Notes under the pieces: generated by a model
The model's database searches: none
What the model was told of the DNA's origin: nothing
Seen by the model: the letters and a program-made list of their open reading frames with translations, nothing else
Program-made: the position numbers and the translations under genes
Shown here: positions 37,909 to 48,923 of the stretch, piece by piece
How the letters are laid out: each line of letters starts with the position of its first letter
Position numbering within the stretch: the first letter of the stretch is position 1
Assembly: GCF_006345805.1 (NCBI RefSeq)
Contig: NC_043010.1
Coordinates: 20,336,001-20,400,000, forward strand
From: Octopus sinensis
Lineage: Eukaryota
Length of the DNA stretch: 64,000 nucleotides
Direction of reading: 5' to 3'

Positions 37909-38290
37909 TTAATGTAGCAAGGTCTAGTGAAATGTATCTGTTCATGTAGCAGTGCCTAAAATATACAGTTGTTCATGTAGCAATAGGTTTTTTTTTGTGT
38001 AGCAATATCTAAAATATGTAAGGATTTTTTGCTTTTGTTTTTCTTTACATGTAGCGCAAGCTAAGAGTACATGGGATTTCATGTAGCAGCACCTAAAGAT
38101 ATATGGTCGTTTATGTAGCAATATCTCATTGTCTAACAGCTTGTGCATGTGTGGATGTTCATGTAGTGATATTTAACAAAGTTTGTTTCTTCATGTAGCA
38201 ATATCTAGAGCTAGGTCTAAACATGAATTACTACTCATGTAGAAATACAATTGCTTAAATTTTGTTTTACATAAATGTTCATGTTGGTAA
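37909..38290. repeat. Degenerate ~32-bp tandem array with a conserved (TC)ATGTAGCA core
   Basis: Cores start at 37912, 37944, 37975, 37997, 38049, 38081, 38113, 38161, 38193, 38237 and 38281. Confidence 0.85.
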
Positions 38291-38535
38291 AGTGTGACAA
38301 TACACACACACATATATATACATACATATATATATATATGTATATATGTGTGTGTGTATGTATATGTATATGTATATGTATTATATATATATATATATAT
38401 ATATATGTATACATACATATATACATATATACATGTGTGTGTGTGTGTGAGTGTATACATACATATATACATTCACACACACACATATATATATAATATA
38501 TATATATCAATATATATATATATATATATATATAT

Positions 38536-38584
<49 letters not shown>

Positions 38585-38770
38585 TATCAATATATATATA
38601 TATATATAATATATATATTATATAAATATATATACATATATATATATACACACACACACATGTGTGTGTTTGAGTGCATGTGACAATTCATACAGTGAAA
38701 GTTTTACTATTCATGTTGCAAGCCTTGGTCCACATGTGACAATACATGAAGGAATGTAAAATTCTATACA

Positions 38771-38824
<54 letters not shown>

Positions 38825-38920
38825 GTATTTATGTATGTATATGTATATATATATGTGTCTGTGTGTGTATATATATATATATATATAATAGAAAATTTAA
38901 TTGTATACAATTATATCCTC

Positions 38921-38986
<66 letters not shown>

Positions 38987-39131
38987 ATAATAATAATATT
39001 AGGGAGTATAGCTCCAAACTTACAGGGAAAAAATAGATTTAGTATTAAATCAAATTTCACAGTATAAATATACAAAATATGAATTTGCCTAATAGCTGTT
39101 TTATCTCTAATTCATATTATATATATAAATA

Positions 39132-39196
<65 letters not shown>

Positions 39197-39754
39197 ATAT
39201 ATAATAGAGGATATAATTGTATACAATTGTAAGCTATAAAATATACGATTGCTCCTCTGCAATATAATTTTTCTTTCTACTGGAAATTTCTTTTATTTTC
39301 ATGCTTTCTTTTATGAATAACTGTTGAAATTTTTAATAATGATGATGGGTTTAAAATTCATATAAAAATTTTCATTTCTCCTTGTTGCAGAAGTTTATCA
39401 AACATTTCTTCCTCTAAATTATCATTATCATCATTATTGTTATCATTATAATTATCATTATTATTACTATTGTTATTATTACTACTATTAACCAAAGATT
39501 GAAGGAAAATAAGATAGGTGAAGAAATTCATGTATTGGGGGGGAAAAAGCAATTAATTAAATAAAGTGTATTTAAGTATGTTAGTTGCATTTAGCACAAA
39601 ATAGTGTATGTATGTGGATGTATGTGGTTGGATGTATGTATGTATGTATATGTATATATATGGATGTTTGCAGATTCTAGTAGCATGAAACAAAGATTGA
39701 ATAAAAGATAGCTTAGCGTCTCCTTTCTAGAAAATATTTGGTTGGTAATGCAAG

Positions 39755-40741
39755 TTAGTTTTCGGTCTTGTTTAGAGAAGGGAGTGCAGCTTGTCGTATA
39801 ATATCCAATTGTTCAGCTTCCAGACATTTCAAACGGTTGCTTGTAGATTCCCTTGAAGGATAACGATGACACTGGAATTTACTAGGCCAGTTAACTCCGG
39901 TGATTTCATACAACTTAGCTTTACATGCTGAGAACACTTCCTCACATAATTCTTTGCATGGCACGCGGAATCCATCGGTACCTTCATTGCCAGTGCAGAA
40001 TGGTAAGTAAACGCCACAGACAAAGAAAGCAAGATTTGGTGAGCATTGTGATTTAACAAGTGCTTCGAAATTATTCATTTCTATGAAAATCCTTCCTGGT
40101 GAATTCTGTAGAAACATGTTAGGTAGGACTCCAAACATATATTTCTTAACTGCAGTATGGTTTGAAGTAAGGTTTGCACACATTGGAAGGACATTGTGGA
40201 TACATCTTGTTCCAGTGTCTACAACAGAAGTAACATGACTATCATCTGATGAAGTCATACAATTTTTGGTTGGGAAATTGGTGCATTTCAGCTCACTAGG
40301 CCAATCTATTCTGTGTCTACTAAAAGTTCTGGAACATTCCTTTTTAGCATCTCTGCACAGAGACCTACAAGGCAGCATTGGCTTACCTGTTGTAGGGTGG
40401 CATTTTGGCAGATAATAACCACATGCCAGCTCCCGGAAATGTGGAGAGCATTCAGTATCCATGTATGCCCAGAGTGGTTCAACCAGAGCAGACAATTGGC
40501 CTTGGGTCATTAAAACTCCTTCTTTTTTCATCGTTAATTGAGTATGTGTATAAGGAATTAAATTCCGGCACATTGGCAGCATTATCTCAGCACAGGTTGT
40601 TGTGTTGTAAGATTCCACTTGAGTGGGTCGTTTTCTTTTCCTTGACTTTTTCCTCTTTTTCTTAGCATTTCCTGGCTGGATAACAGCCATAATTAAGAGG
40701 GTTGCAAAAAGAAGGTAGATTAAATAATTCTTAGTCAGCAT
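39755..40741 (-). CDS. Secreted protein with two tandem Frizzled cysteine-rich (FZ/CRD) domains; sFRP-like but lacking a netrin domain; intronless CDS, 328 aa
   Basis: Open 328-codon ORF with an in-frame TAA four codons upstream of the ATG and A at -3. Hydrophobic signal peptide MLTKNYLIYLLFATLLIMAVIQPGNA is followed by KKKRKKSRKRKR. Two domains each carry the 10-Cys FZ pattern: CRD1 C..LPMC..CSP..LACGYYLPKC..PCRSLC...C...WP...C..FP..C and CRD2 C..LPMC..LPN..CSPNL..FVCGVYLPFC..PCKELC...C...WP...C..YP..C. There is no TM segment. N-glycosylation sequons: NTT, NLT, NHT, NKT. Confidence 0.92.
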   Translation of the reverse strand: MLTKNYLIYLLFATLLIMAVIQPGNAKKKRKKSRKRKRPTQVESYNTTTCAEIMLPMCRNLIPYTHTQLTMKKEGVLMTQGQLSALVEPLWAYMDTECSPHFRELACGYYLPKCHPTTGKPMLPCRSLCRDAKKECSRTFSRHRIDWPSELKCTNFPTKNCMTSSDDSHVTSVVDTGTRCIHNVLPMCANLTSNHTAVKKYMFGVLPNMFLQNSPGRIFIEMNNFEALVKSQCSPNLAFFVCGVYLPFCTGNEGTDGFRVPCKELCEEVFSACKAKLYEITGVNWPSKFQCHRYPSRESTSNRLKCLEAEQLDIIRQAALPSLNKTEN

Positions 40742-42107
40742 CGTAAGGGCTTAAAGTATCCAAAGTGATGAAGGAGTTTTTCAGAATATAGAAATAAATT
40801 TCTATGGTAGTCTGCAAAAAAGTGACAACTATAACCAGGGAAAGTTGTTCAAGCAAAATCCGTGTTTGTGGCCTTCAGCTTCAGTTGAAAAATCTGCTTC
40901 TGTCTGGGAGTGAAGCAGATAGAAGTAACTAGTGGACCGACTGAATTATTATAGCGTCAGAGAGACTGACTTTAAGTCTTATCTTTGTCTTCCTCAGTGG
41001 GGTGAGGACGAGTGTGATAGAATAAATTTGGTTGTCATGCTTGTCATAGAAATATAGCAAGCACTTTTCTCAAGGAATTTAAAAGAAAAAAAAAATGAAT
41101 GAATGAAAAAAATATGAATAATGACACCAACAACAACAATAATAATAATAATAATGATAATAAAAAAAAATCACCTAAGCAGCATAAATAGGAAGAATAA
41201 ACAAAGTGAGAAGAGAAAAGAACTAGAAAAAAACAAACATATGACAAAGCAAAAATAAGAATAAAAAAAAGCTAAAATATAAACTAAAAACCGGAAAAAA
41301 AAAAGGAAGCAAAATGCAGATTAAAGATGTTCCTCTCCTTCTCCTCAGAACACATGTGAAAATTGGAACCCACTTTCACATTTTATCAGCTTTTTGTGTA
41401 AATAAATACTTTATTGTAAACTGTTTGAGTTGACCTGAAAGAAATCTTGTTAGAAATTTTGCTGACATTTCTGAGATGTGACCAGTCTTGAAGAACAGAG
41501 AGGAGAAGGGGAGTGGAGGGGGGGGTAATGGTGCAGGTGCTGACGGAAGAAGGCGGCAAAACAGAAATGTCTGGAAGAGTAATGATGGTAGTGGTAGAGT
41601 GGTGATGGTGGTGGTGGTGGATCATGACTCCTGTTCATTAAATAGGTTTATAACTGTTTGTTCTCTGCTTTGGTTAATAAAATATTGCTGCACATGAGTT
41701 GAAATGAAATAAAATGTTTTATGCTTTTATGAAAACTAATTAACAAAATTTGCATATTTTCTGTATGATTATTGAAAAAAAAAACCCATTCGTTAAAGAC
41801 GTGAGATTTTTATTTGCTATAGAATCTCGGTCAAAATAATATGACTGCAATTAAAAATTAATTTAATATTTTAGTATTAATTTACATTCCTGTTTAAATT
41901 ATTAGGGAAAATATATTATTATTAATAATATTTCTCAAAAAAAATTTTTGGTATGGCTGTGTGGTAAGAAGTTTCCTTGCCAACCATATGGTTCCATATT
42001 CACTCTCATTTCATGGTACCTAGAGCAAGTGTTTCGACTATAGTTTTTGGCAGACCAAAGTCCTGTGCTTGGATTTGGTAGATGGAAACTGAAGGAAGCC
42101 CATCACG

Positions 42108-42157
<50 letters not shown>

Positions 42158-42766
42158 GTGCCTTGTGTGAAGAAGTGTCACTCCCAAACATTTGAAGGTA
42201 TCAGGGGGAGAGGTAGACCCAGGAAGACATGGGATGAGGTAGTCAAGCATGACCTTCGAACTTTGGGCCTCACAGAGGCAATGACAAAAGACCGAGATTT
42301 CTGGAGATATGCCGTGACTGCAAAGACCTGGGCTGCTTCCTGCACCAGCTTCGCATAGCCCCAGCCCATCCAGAGTACCTTGGATTGCAGAAGGACCTGC
42401 TGTGCTTACCCTGGATAGTAGAGTGACCTGCTGTGCTTGAGGAGACCTATTGAGTCAAGAACATCAACATCAAAATAAATATCAAATGGAAATTGTAGTT
42501 GTGATACCTGTGCCGGTGGCACGTAAAAAGCACCATTCAAACATGGCCGATGCCAGCGCCGCCTTGACTGGCTTCTGTGCCGGTGGCATGTAAAAAGCAC
42601 CAACTACACTCATGGAGTGGCTGGCGTTAGGAAGGGCATCCAGCTGTAGAAACACTGCCAGATCAGACTGGAGCCTGGTGTGGCCTCCTGGCTTCCCAGA
42701 CCCCGGTTGAACCGTCCAACCCATGCTAGCAAGGAAAACAGACGTTAAACGATGATGATGATGATG
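42158..42766 (+). mobile_element. RTE-clade LINE 3' fragment inserted into the internal (GT)n of a SINE
   Basis: GRGRPRKTWDEVVKHDLRTLGLTEAMTKDRDFWR plus the same 3' UTR ending (GAT)n. The SINE head lies at ~41950-42110 and the SINE tail at ~42770-42930. Confidence 0.88.
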
Positions 42767-42934
42767 TGTGTGCATATGTACATGTGTCTTTGTGTCTGGA
42801 TACCTACCCCTCATGCTGTTCAGCAAAAGAGACTGATAGAGGAAGTACCAGACTTTAAAAACAAAAAGTAAGGAAGTCAATTCAGTTGATGAAAGATTCT
42901 TCAAGGTGGTTCCCCAGTATGGCTGCAGTCTGTG

Positions 42935-43425
42935 ATATTGGTAGTAAGTTACCACAGAAAATTTCTTTTGTAGGGTGTTGTCTCCAGGAGATATCCAGAG
43001 CAGCACAAAGCATTCTTGTATAAGTTACGTCACTTTTCTTTCCAAGACATTTTGTAAGAACCAATGCTGTACATCCATAAAACGGAGCTGAATGTGCAAC
43101 CAATAGAAAGAAATTCCACCTCAAATTTGATGAAAACTTAGATTTCCAGACCATCGATAATTTATTTAAAGTTTCCGCTGAGATTGACTTTGCCTTTCAT
43201 TCTTTCAGGATTGATGAACTGAGTACTAATCGACTGGCCCCTGCCCCCCAAATTTCGGGCCTTGTGCCTAGAGTAGAAAAGAATTTATTTAAAGCTTTCC
43301 AGCCTTTGCTGAATCAGGCCATGAACATCACTTGTGGACAGATCTTCCTTTGTGATTTTACTTTCAAGGTATGTGAATTCATCAATGTTTTCCAGGGATT
43401 TTCCAAACATGGAGTTTATGTTGCT
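42935..43425 (-). mobile_element. Second RTE-like LINE fragment, interrupted by a SINE with a 13-bp TSD
   Basis: ENIDEFTYLESKI...QRLESFK|...VWKS...FYGCTALVLTK...YTRMLCAALDISWRQHPT. The insert 43172-43281 is flanked by AATTTATTTAAAG (43159-43171 and 43282-43294). Confidence 0.8.
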
Positions 43426-43442
43426 GCTGTTGCTGTTGCTGT

Positions 43443-43800
43443 TGAGCGAAGTAGTCTTCGTCCCAGAGTGGGAGAAGTCCGTAACGTGGTCCTTTGCTAT
43501 TCGTAAGACCCACAGAAGAGAAAGCAGGTCAACCCTCGACACTGAGAGCATCGACGGATGGATGAATGCACATCCAGGCTGAGCGGTTGCGTAGGAAGTC
43601 GGGGACAAGAAACAGGAGGAAAGAGTGAGAGAAAGTTGGAGCGAAAGAGTACAACAGGGGTCGCACCACCCCCTGCCGGAGCCTCGTGGAGCTTTAGGTG
43701 TTTTCACTCAATAAACACACACAACGCCCGGTCTGGGAATCGAAACTGCGATCCTCCGACCGCGAGTCCACTGCCCTAACCATTGGGGCAATGTGCCTCC
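43443..43800 (-). mobile_element. tRNA-headed SINE family C, CpG-rich (young) copy ending in (CAA/CAG)n
   Basis: Head TGCCCCAATGGTTAGGGCAGTGGACTCGCGGTC...GTTTCGATTCCC. Copies lie at 26534-26850(+) and 31718-32034(+). Confidence 0.85.
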
Positions 43801-43989
43801 ACTTATGTTGCTGCTCTGGTTGTACATCATTTATTTTGTCTTGCTTGAGTTGCCATAGAGACCAACACCTTTAACAACACTTCCAAGGCTGTACAAGAGA
43901 CATCTTGCCACCCTATCTGTTCATTATATGTCCAGATTATATATATATATATATATATATATGTAGAGAGAGAGAGAGAGATATAGACA

Positions 43990-44049
<60 letters not shown>

Positions 44050-44052
<3 letters not shown>

Positions 44053-44392
44053 TAATATAATGAGTGTAGTGTTTTTATATTTGTATAAATATTTGTCCAG
44101 AATCACGCTGGACGTGGAGGAGGAGAGAAGATAGTAATTCAGTGAAGGAGAAGTAGTGAGAGTAATAGCCCAAGAGAAAGTAATAGCAATGAGAGAAAGG
44201 AAGGGGTGATAGATGAATAAGGGAGAAAGGGGTGAAAAAACATCAGCGTTTCAACTGAGTATATGTGTGTATGTGTACAAGGGAAGTATGTGAATGTTTG
44301 TATGTGTGATTATTATGTACCTTATTTTGTACCTTATTTATGTATAAAATACTACAGTTAGCCATCATTATTGACAGCATGGGGCCAGCTAG
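44050..44392 (+). mobile_element. Possible small Helitron-like element
   Basis: A|TCCTAATATAAT start and GGGGCCAGCTAG|T end between (TA)n arrays; the 3' hairpin is weak. Confidence 0.35.
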
Positions 44393-44595
44393 TATAAATA
44401 TATATATATATATATATATAATAGAAAATTTCTATTTGTAAATTTCTCAATGAGAGACATTCAATAAATATTATAGAGTAAAGATTGTCTGCCAACATAA
44501 TGTGGCAAGCGAATGTTATTTAGCCTCAGAAAACATCATCTCCAGCTGGCTATATGACACACTATCTGTGTCCTATATGTATAGATATATATGTG

Positions 44596-44970
44596 GAAGC
44601 GCAATGGTCCAGTGGTTATGGCAGTGGACTTATGGTCATAGGATCGCGGTTTCAATTCCCAGACTGGGCATTGTAAGTGTTTATTGAGCGAAAACACCTA
44701 AAGCTCCATGAGGCTCCAGCAGGGTATGGTAGCAAACCCTGCTGTACTCTTTCACCCCAACTTTCTCTCACTCTTTTTTTCTGTTTCTGTTATACCTATA
44801 TTTCAAAGGCCAGCCTTGTTACACTCTATGTCACACTGAATCTCCCCGAGAATTACGTTAAGGGTACACGTGTCTGTGGAGTGCTCAGCCACTTGCACAT
44901 TAATTTCGCGAGCAGGGTGTTCCATTGATCGGATCAACTGGAGCCCTCATTGTCGTAACTGACTGAGCGC
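44596..44970 (+). mobile_element. SINE with a family-C head and a different 3' body (body shared with 21170-21470, minus strand)
   Basis: Head matches family C to ...ACTTTCTCTCACTC, then CAGCCTTG.TACA.TCT...CTGAATCTCC...TTAATTTC.CGAGCAG...TCAACTGGA. Confidence 0.7.
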
Positions 44971-45058
44971 CACACACATATATATATGTATATATATATG
45001 TATGTATATATTGTATATATATATTGTGTTATATATATAATATATATATATATTATAT

Positions 45059-45096
<38 letters not shown>

Positions 45097-45576
45097 ATAC
45101 GTGGCAGTTGCCAGTGCCGCCTGACTGGCGTCTGTGTCGGTGACATGTAAAAGCACCAACCGATCGTGGCCATTTGCCAGCCTCATCTGGCTCCTGTGCC
45201 GGTGGCACGTAAAAAGCACCCACTACACTTACTGAGTGGTTGGCGTTAGGAAGGGCATCCAGCTGTAGAAACACTGCCAGATCAGACTGGAGTCTGGTGC
45301 AGCCTCCTCCAGAACTCCATGGAAAACGGATGTTAAACGATGATGATGATATATATATATATATTTGTGTGATTGTGTCTTTGTCCCTTCACTTGACAAC
45401 TGATCTTTGTTTGTTTACGTCCCCCGTAACTTAGTGATTCGGCAAAAGAGGCCCATAGAATAAGTACTGGACTTACAGAGAATAAGTCCAGGGGTCGATT
45501 TCTTTGACTAAAAGGTGGTGCTCTAGCATGGCCCCAGTCAAAATAACTGAAACAAGTAAAAGAATAAATGAATATG

Positions 45577-45607
<31 letters not shown>

Positions 45608-47210
45608 AAAACAAATATATGTGTATATAAGAAATTAAATAAAGGGAAACCATAAGGTGATGCAGAAGCACTCAGCTATGAGTGCACTACATCTCATGGC
45701 AGAAACAACTGTAAGCTTATGATGTTCCTTGAATAATTTCTTGTTTCCTTATCATTTATATAACCTCCTATTGCACTCTGTACTAGGGGCATGTGCATAT
45801 GAAGTTCTATTATTTGGCTATTAGAATCATTAGGCCTAACTAGAGTATTTAATTAACATATTTAAAGCACCATCTGAGCATGATTGTTGCCAGGGCTGCT
45901 GACTGGCTCCCATGCCAGTGGCATGTAAAAAGCACCATTAGAGCATGATCATTGCTAGTGTCGCCTTACTGGCACATGTGCCAGTGGCATGCGAAAAACA
46001 ACATTCGAGCATGGTTGTTGCCAGTGCCACCAGACTGGCTCCCGTGCTGGTGACATGTAAAAAGTACCCACTACACTCGTGGAGTGGTTGGCGTTAGGAA
46101 GGGCATCCAGCTGTAGAAACTTTGCCAGATCAGATTGGAGCCTGGTGCAGCCTTCTGGCTTGCCAGTCCTCAGTCAAACCGTCCAACCCATGCCAGCATG
46201 GAAAGCGGATGTTAAGTGACGATGATGATGATGATGATGATTCTGTTGTTATATGTTTTCATATATGTTAGTTCATATCTATGTGTTCTATATGTATAAA
46301 CCCATATGTGTATATGTAGTCATATATATTTCTGCATATATATTTGTGTATTTGAATGTGCATATGTCTCTATGTGTGGCTGCAAAATGCCCTCACACAG
46401 ACAAACTCATTGTTTTTTTAAAACATTAAATAAAAGTCTTATTTAAAAACATTACTTCAGTAGCAACACAGTTTCATGACTTTGCTCATGTCGAGTTTAA
46501 GATGTTTATAGTATTATCGCATGAAGCAGATATGAAATCAAAACACGAGCTTGAAGCAGCTGTTATTGCATGCGTTGTTCACAAAGGTCTTTAAACAGAA
46601 GAATATAAGGACAAGCATTTTCTTCAAAGTTTGATTTCATATTTCAGAAGATATTCACTCAGTGGATATTTCCGAAGACAAACTGTCATTGTTTACCAAG
46701 TGATGATTAGAAGTGAGTGGCTCTGAGTACTAGAAATTGGAGCCTTTTAGTTATAGAGAGTTTTACACACACACACACACACACACACATACAGAAGCAC
46801 ACACACATACAGAATCCTACACACATGCACACACACAGGCATACATACAGGCACATAAACCCATGCACATAAGCACAAACACAGAGGCACCCACACACAC
46901 AGAGGCACACACACACATGCACTTACATACACATAAACACGCACACAAATACACACACACATAAGCACACACAGATACACAGACACATGCATGCATTCAC
47001 ACACTCGCACACAAACATACAAACACACACAGAGGCACACACACATACACACATGCACAAACACATATGCATATTCAGTAGTGAAAAGATTTGATAAAAA
47101 AATTCATTCCATGTGGGTGAATTAAAGGGAAAAATATAAACGAAGCAAAATGGACAAAATTTTATGTTGGAATATATATATATTATTGTATATATATATA
47201 TTATATATAT

Positions 47211-47270
<60 letters not shown>

Positions 47271-47287
47271 TATACATATATAAGATG

Positions 47288-47881
47288 ATGGACACAGAGT
47301 ACTACAAAAATTTAATACTCTCCATGCTGGAAAATAATATTTACTATGAGAAGATAGTACAATACAACCCACAGAAGACACTTAAAAACTTATCCTCCTT
47401 ACTTCAAACACATGGAAAGGGTCTCACTTAACATGAAATTGACTATTTATCCAATTTTAAATACAGACCTAGTCTATTCTGTGGATTACCTAAAATACAC
47501 AAAAATCTACATATTTGTAAATCTTGCAAAGATTCTCCAAGCCTGAGCATTAATGTTCCTCCCCCTACTAACCTTAAACTGAGAGCCATCATTGCTGGCC
47601 CTGCTTGTGAAACCCACTGTTTGAGCAACTTCCTTGGCATCTTACTGTTTCTAAAATATGTGTAAAGCTTCATCAGGGATGTGCATTCAAAGCAATGATT
47701 AGTAAATTTACGAAACTGGTATGCTTTTGAATCTCTTTAACAATTCACAATAATGACTTTTATTACTTTTATTCCCACCTCAGTTCATCTAATTGTATAT
47801 ATCTTTCGTTACTTTGCATAAAAAGCCTTTACTTTTTTTGATTTCCAATGAGCATTTTCACTTATTTTCCTTCTTACTTTC

Positions 47882-47890
<9 letters not shown>
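47288..47890 (+). mobile_element. Penelope-like element fragment: N-terminal RT region joined to a hammerhead-bearing 3' end
   Basis: The frame starting at 47288 reads MDTEYYKNLILSMLENNIYYEKI...LT*HEIDYLSNFKYRPSLFCGLPKIHKN...LKLRAIIAGPACETHCLSNFLGILLFLKYV*SFIRD (to 47680). This matches the PLE RT PKIHK...RPI region. A hammerhead-like motif follows at 47689-47727, then pyrimidine-rich sequence ending in (TA)n. It is absent from the ORF track because of stops. Confidence 0.8.
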
Positions 47891-47926
<36 letters not shown>

Positions 47927-48129
47927 CATACATACATATATATATATTTATTTATTTATTCTTTTACTTGTTTCAGTTATTTGACTGCGGCCATGCTGGA
48001 GCACTGCCTTAATCGAGCAAATTGACCCCAGGAATGATTCTTTGTAAGCTAAGTTACAGGGAACGTAAACACACCAACATTGGTTGTCAAGCGATGGTGG
48101 GGGGGGGGGGCAAACAGAGAGAGACACAC

Positions 48130-48790
48130 ACACACAGCTCGGGTGCCAGTCAGGTGGCACTGGTATCAGCTATGTTTGGATGGTGTTTTTTATGTGCCTC
48201 TGGCATGGGTAGCCAGTCAGGCAGCACTGGCATTGATCCATACTTGAATGGTGCTTATTACATGCCACCAGCACAGGTGCCAGTTGGGTGGCACTGGCAT
48301 CGATCCACACTTGAATGGTGCTTATTACGTGCCACCAGCACAGGTGCCAGTCAGGTGGCCCTGGCATCGACCACAACTACAATTTCCATTTTGATTTCAA
48401 TCTTGATTTGATTTTCAATTTGATTTTTGATTTTACTCGATTCTTCTCAAGCGCAGTGTATCGCCCAACAATTAAAGATTATTTTTAAATGGGTTGGTTA
48501 TGTGATACTGGTATAGGCCACGACTATGATCTCACTTTACTTGCAGGGTCATTGGTCACGATCTGATTTCACTTGACTCAACAGATCGTCTCAAGCACAG
48601 CATATCGCTTGATGATTCTAGGTTCCTTTTAAATGGGCTGGTTATGTGACACCGGTATAAGCTACAGCTGTCATCTCACTTTACTTGCCGGGTCTTCTCA
48701 GTCACAACATATCTCCAAGGATCTTGGTCACTTGTCATTACCTCTGTGAGGCCCAACGTTTGAAGGTCATGCTTCACCACTTCATCACAT
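48130..48790 (-). mobile_element. RTE LINE 3' fragment with ~60-bp tandem UTR units
   Basis: Matches 700-1030 (gaggcccaacgtttga.ggtcatgct..accac). It contains repeated GCCAGTCAGGTGGCACTGGCATCGA...GTGCCACCAGCACAGGT units. Confidence 0.75.
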
Positions 48791-48836
48791 GTGTGTATCT
48801 ATGTATATATATATATATATATGTATATATATGTGC

Positions 48837-48923
48837 TGTTGTGTCTGGTGAGAATCATTCTCTTTTGGTGCCTTATAATTTAACACACTCACCAAAAGAG
48901 AATGATTCTCCCCAGACACAACA
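48837..48923. repeat. 34-bp inverted repeat (1 mismatch) with a 19-nt loop
   Basis: TGTTGTGTCTGGTGAGAATCATTCTCTTTTGGTG / CACCAAAAGAGAATGATTCTCCCCAGACACAACA. Confidence 0.95.

Noticed and set aside
37909-38290. CRISPR-like appearance of the core-plus-variable-spacer array, and identity of ATGTAGCA to the miR-221/222 8mer site
   Set aside because: The context is eukaryotic, the core is only 8-11 bp, spacers are related to each other and there are no cas genes. miR-221/222 is a vertebrate family and the site is on the strand opposite to the neighbouring gene.
40766-40777. Furin processing of the CRD protein's basic patch (codons in the ~40628-40663 region; see CDS)
   Set aside because: KKKRKKSRKRKR-P has dibasic pairs but no clean R-X-K/R-R site, and Pro follows the last Arg, so processing is not claimed.
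40930-40975. TCAGT initiator-like motifs ~200 nt upstream of the CRD ATG (minus strand)
   Set aside because: The motif is too short and common, and there is no properly spaced TATA box, so a promoter cannot be supported.
43740-43800. tRNA-like A/B boxes here and in many other places
   Set aside because: They are SINE heads followed by SINE bodies, with no complete cloverleaf, so they are not called as tRNA genes.
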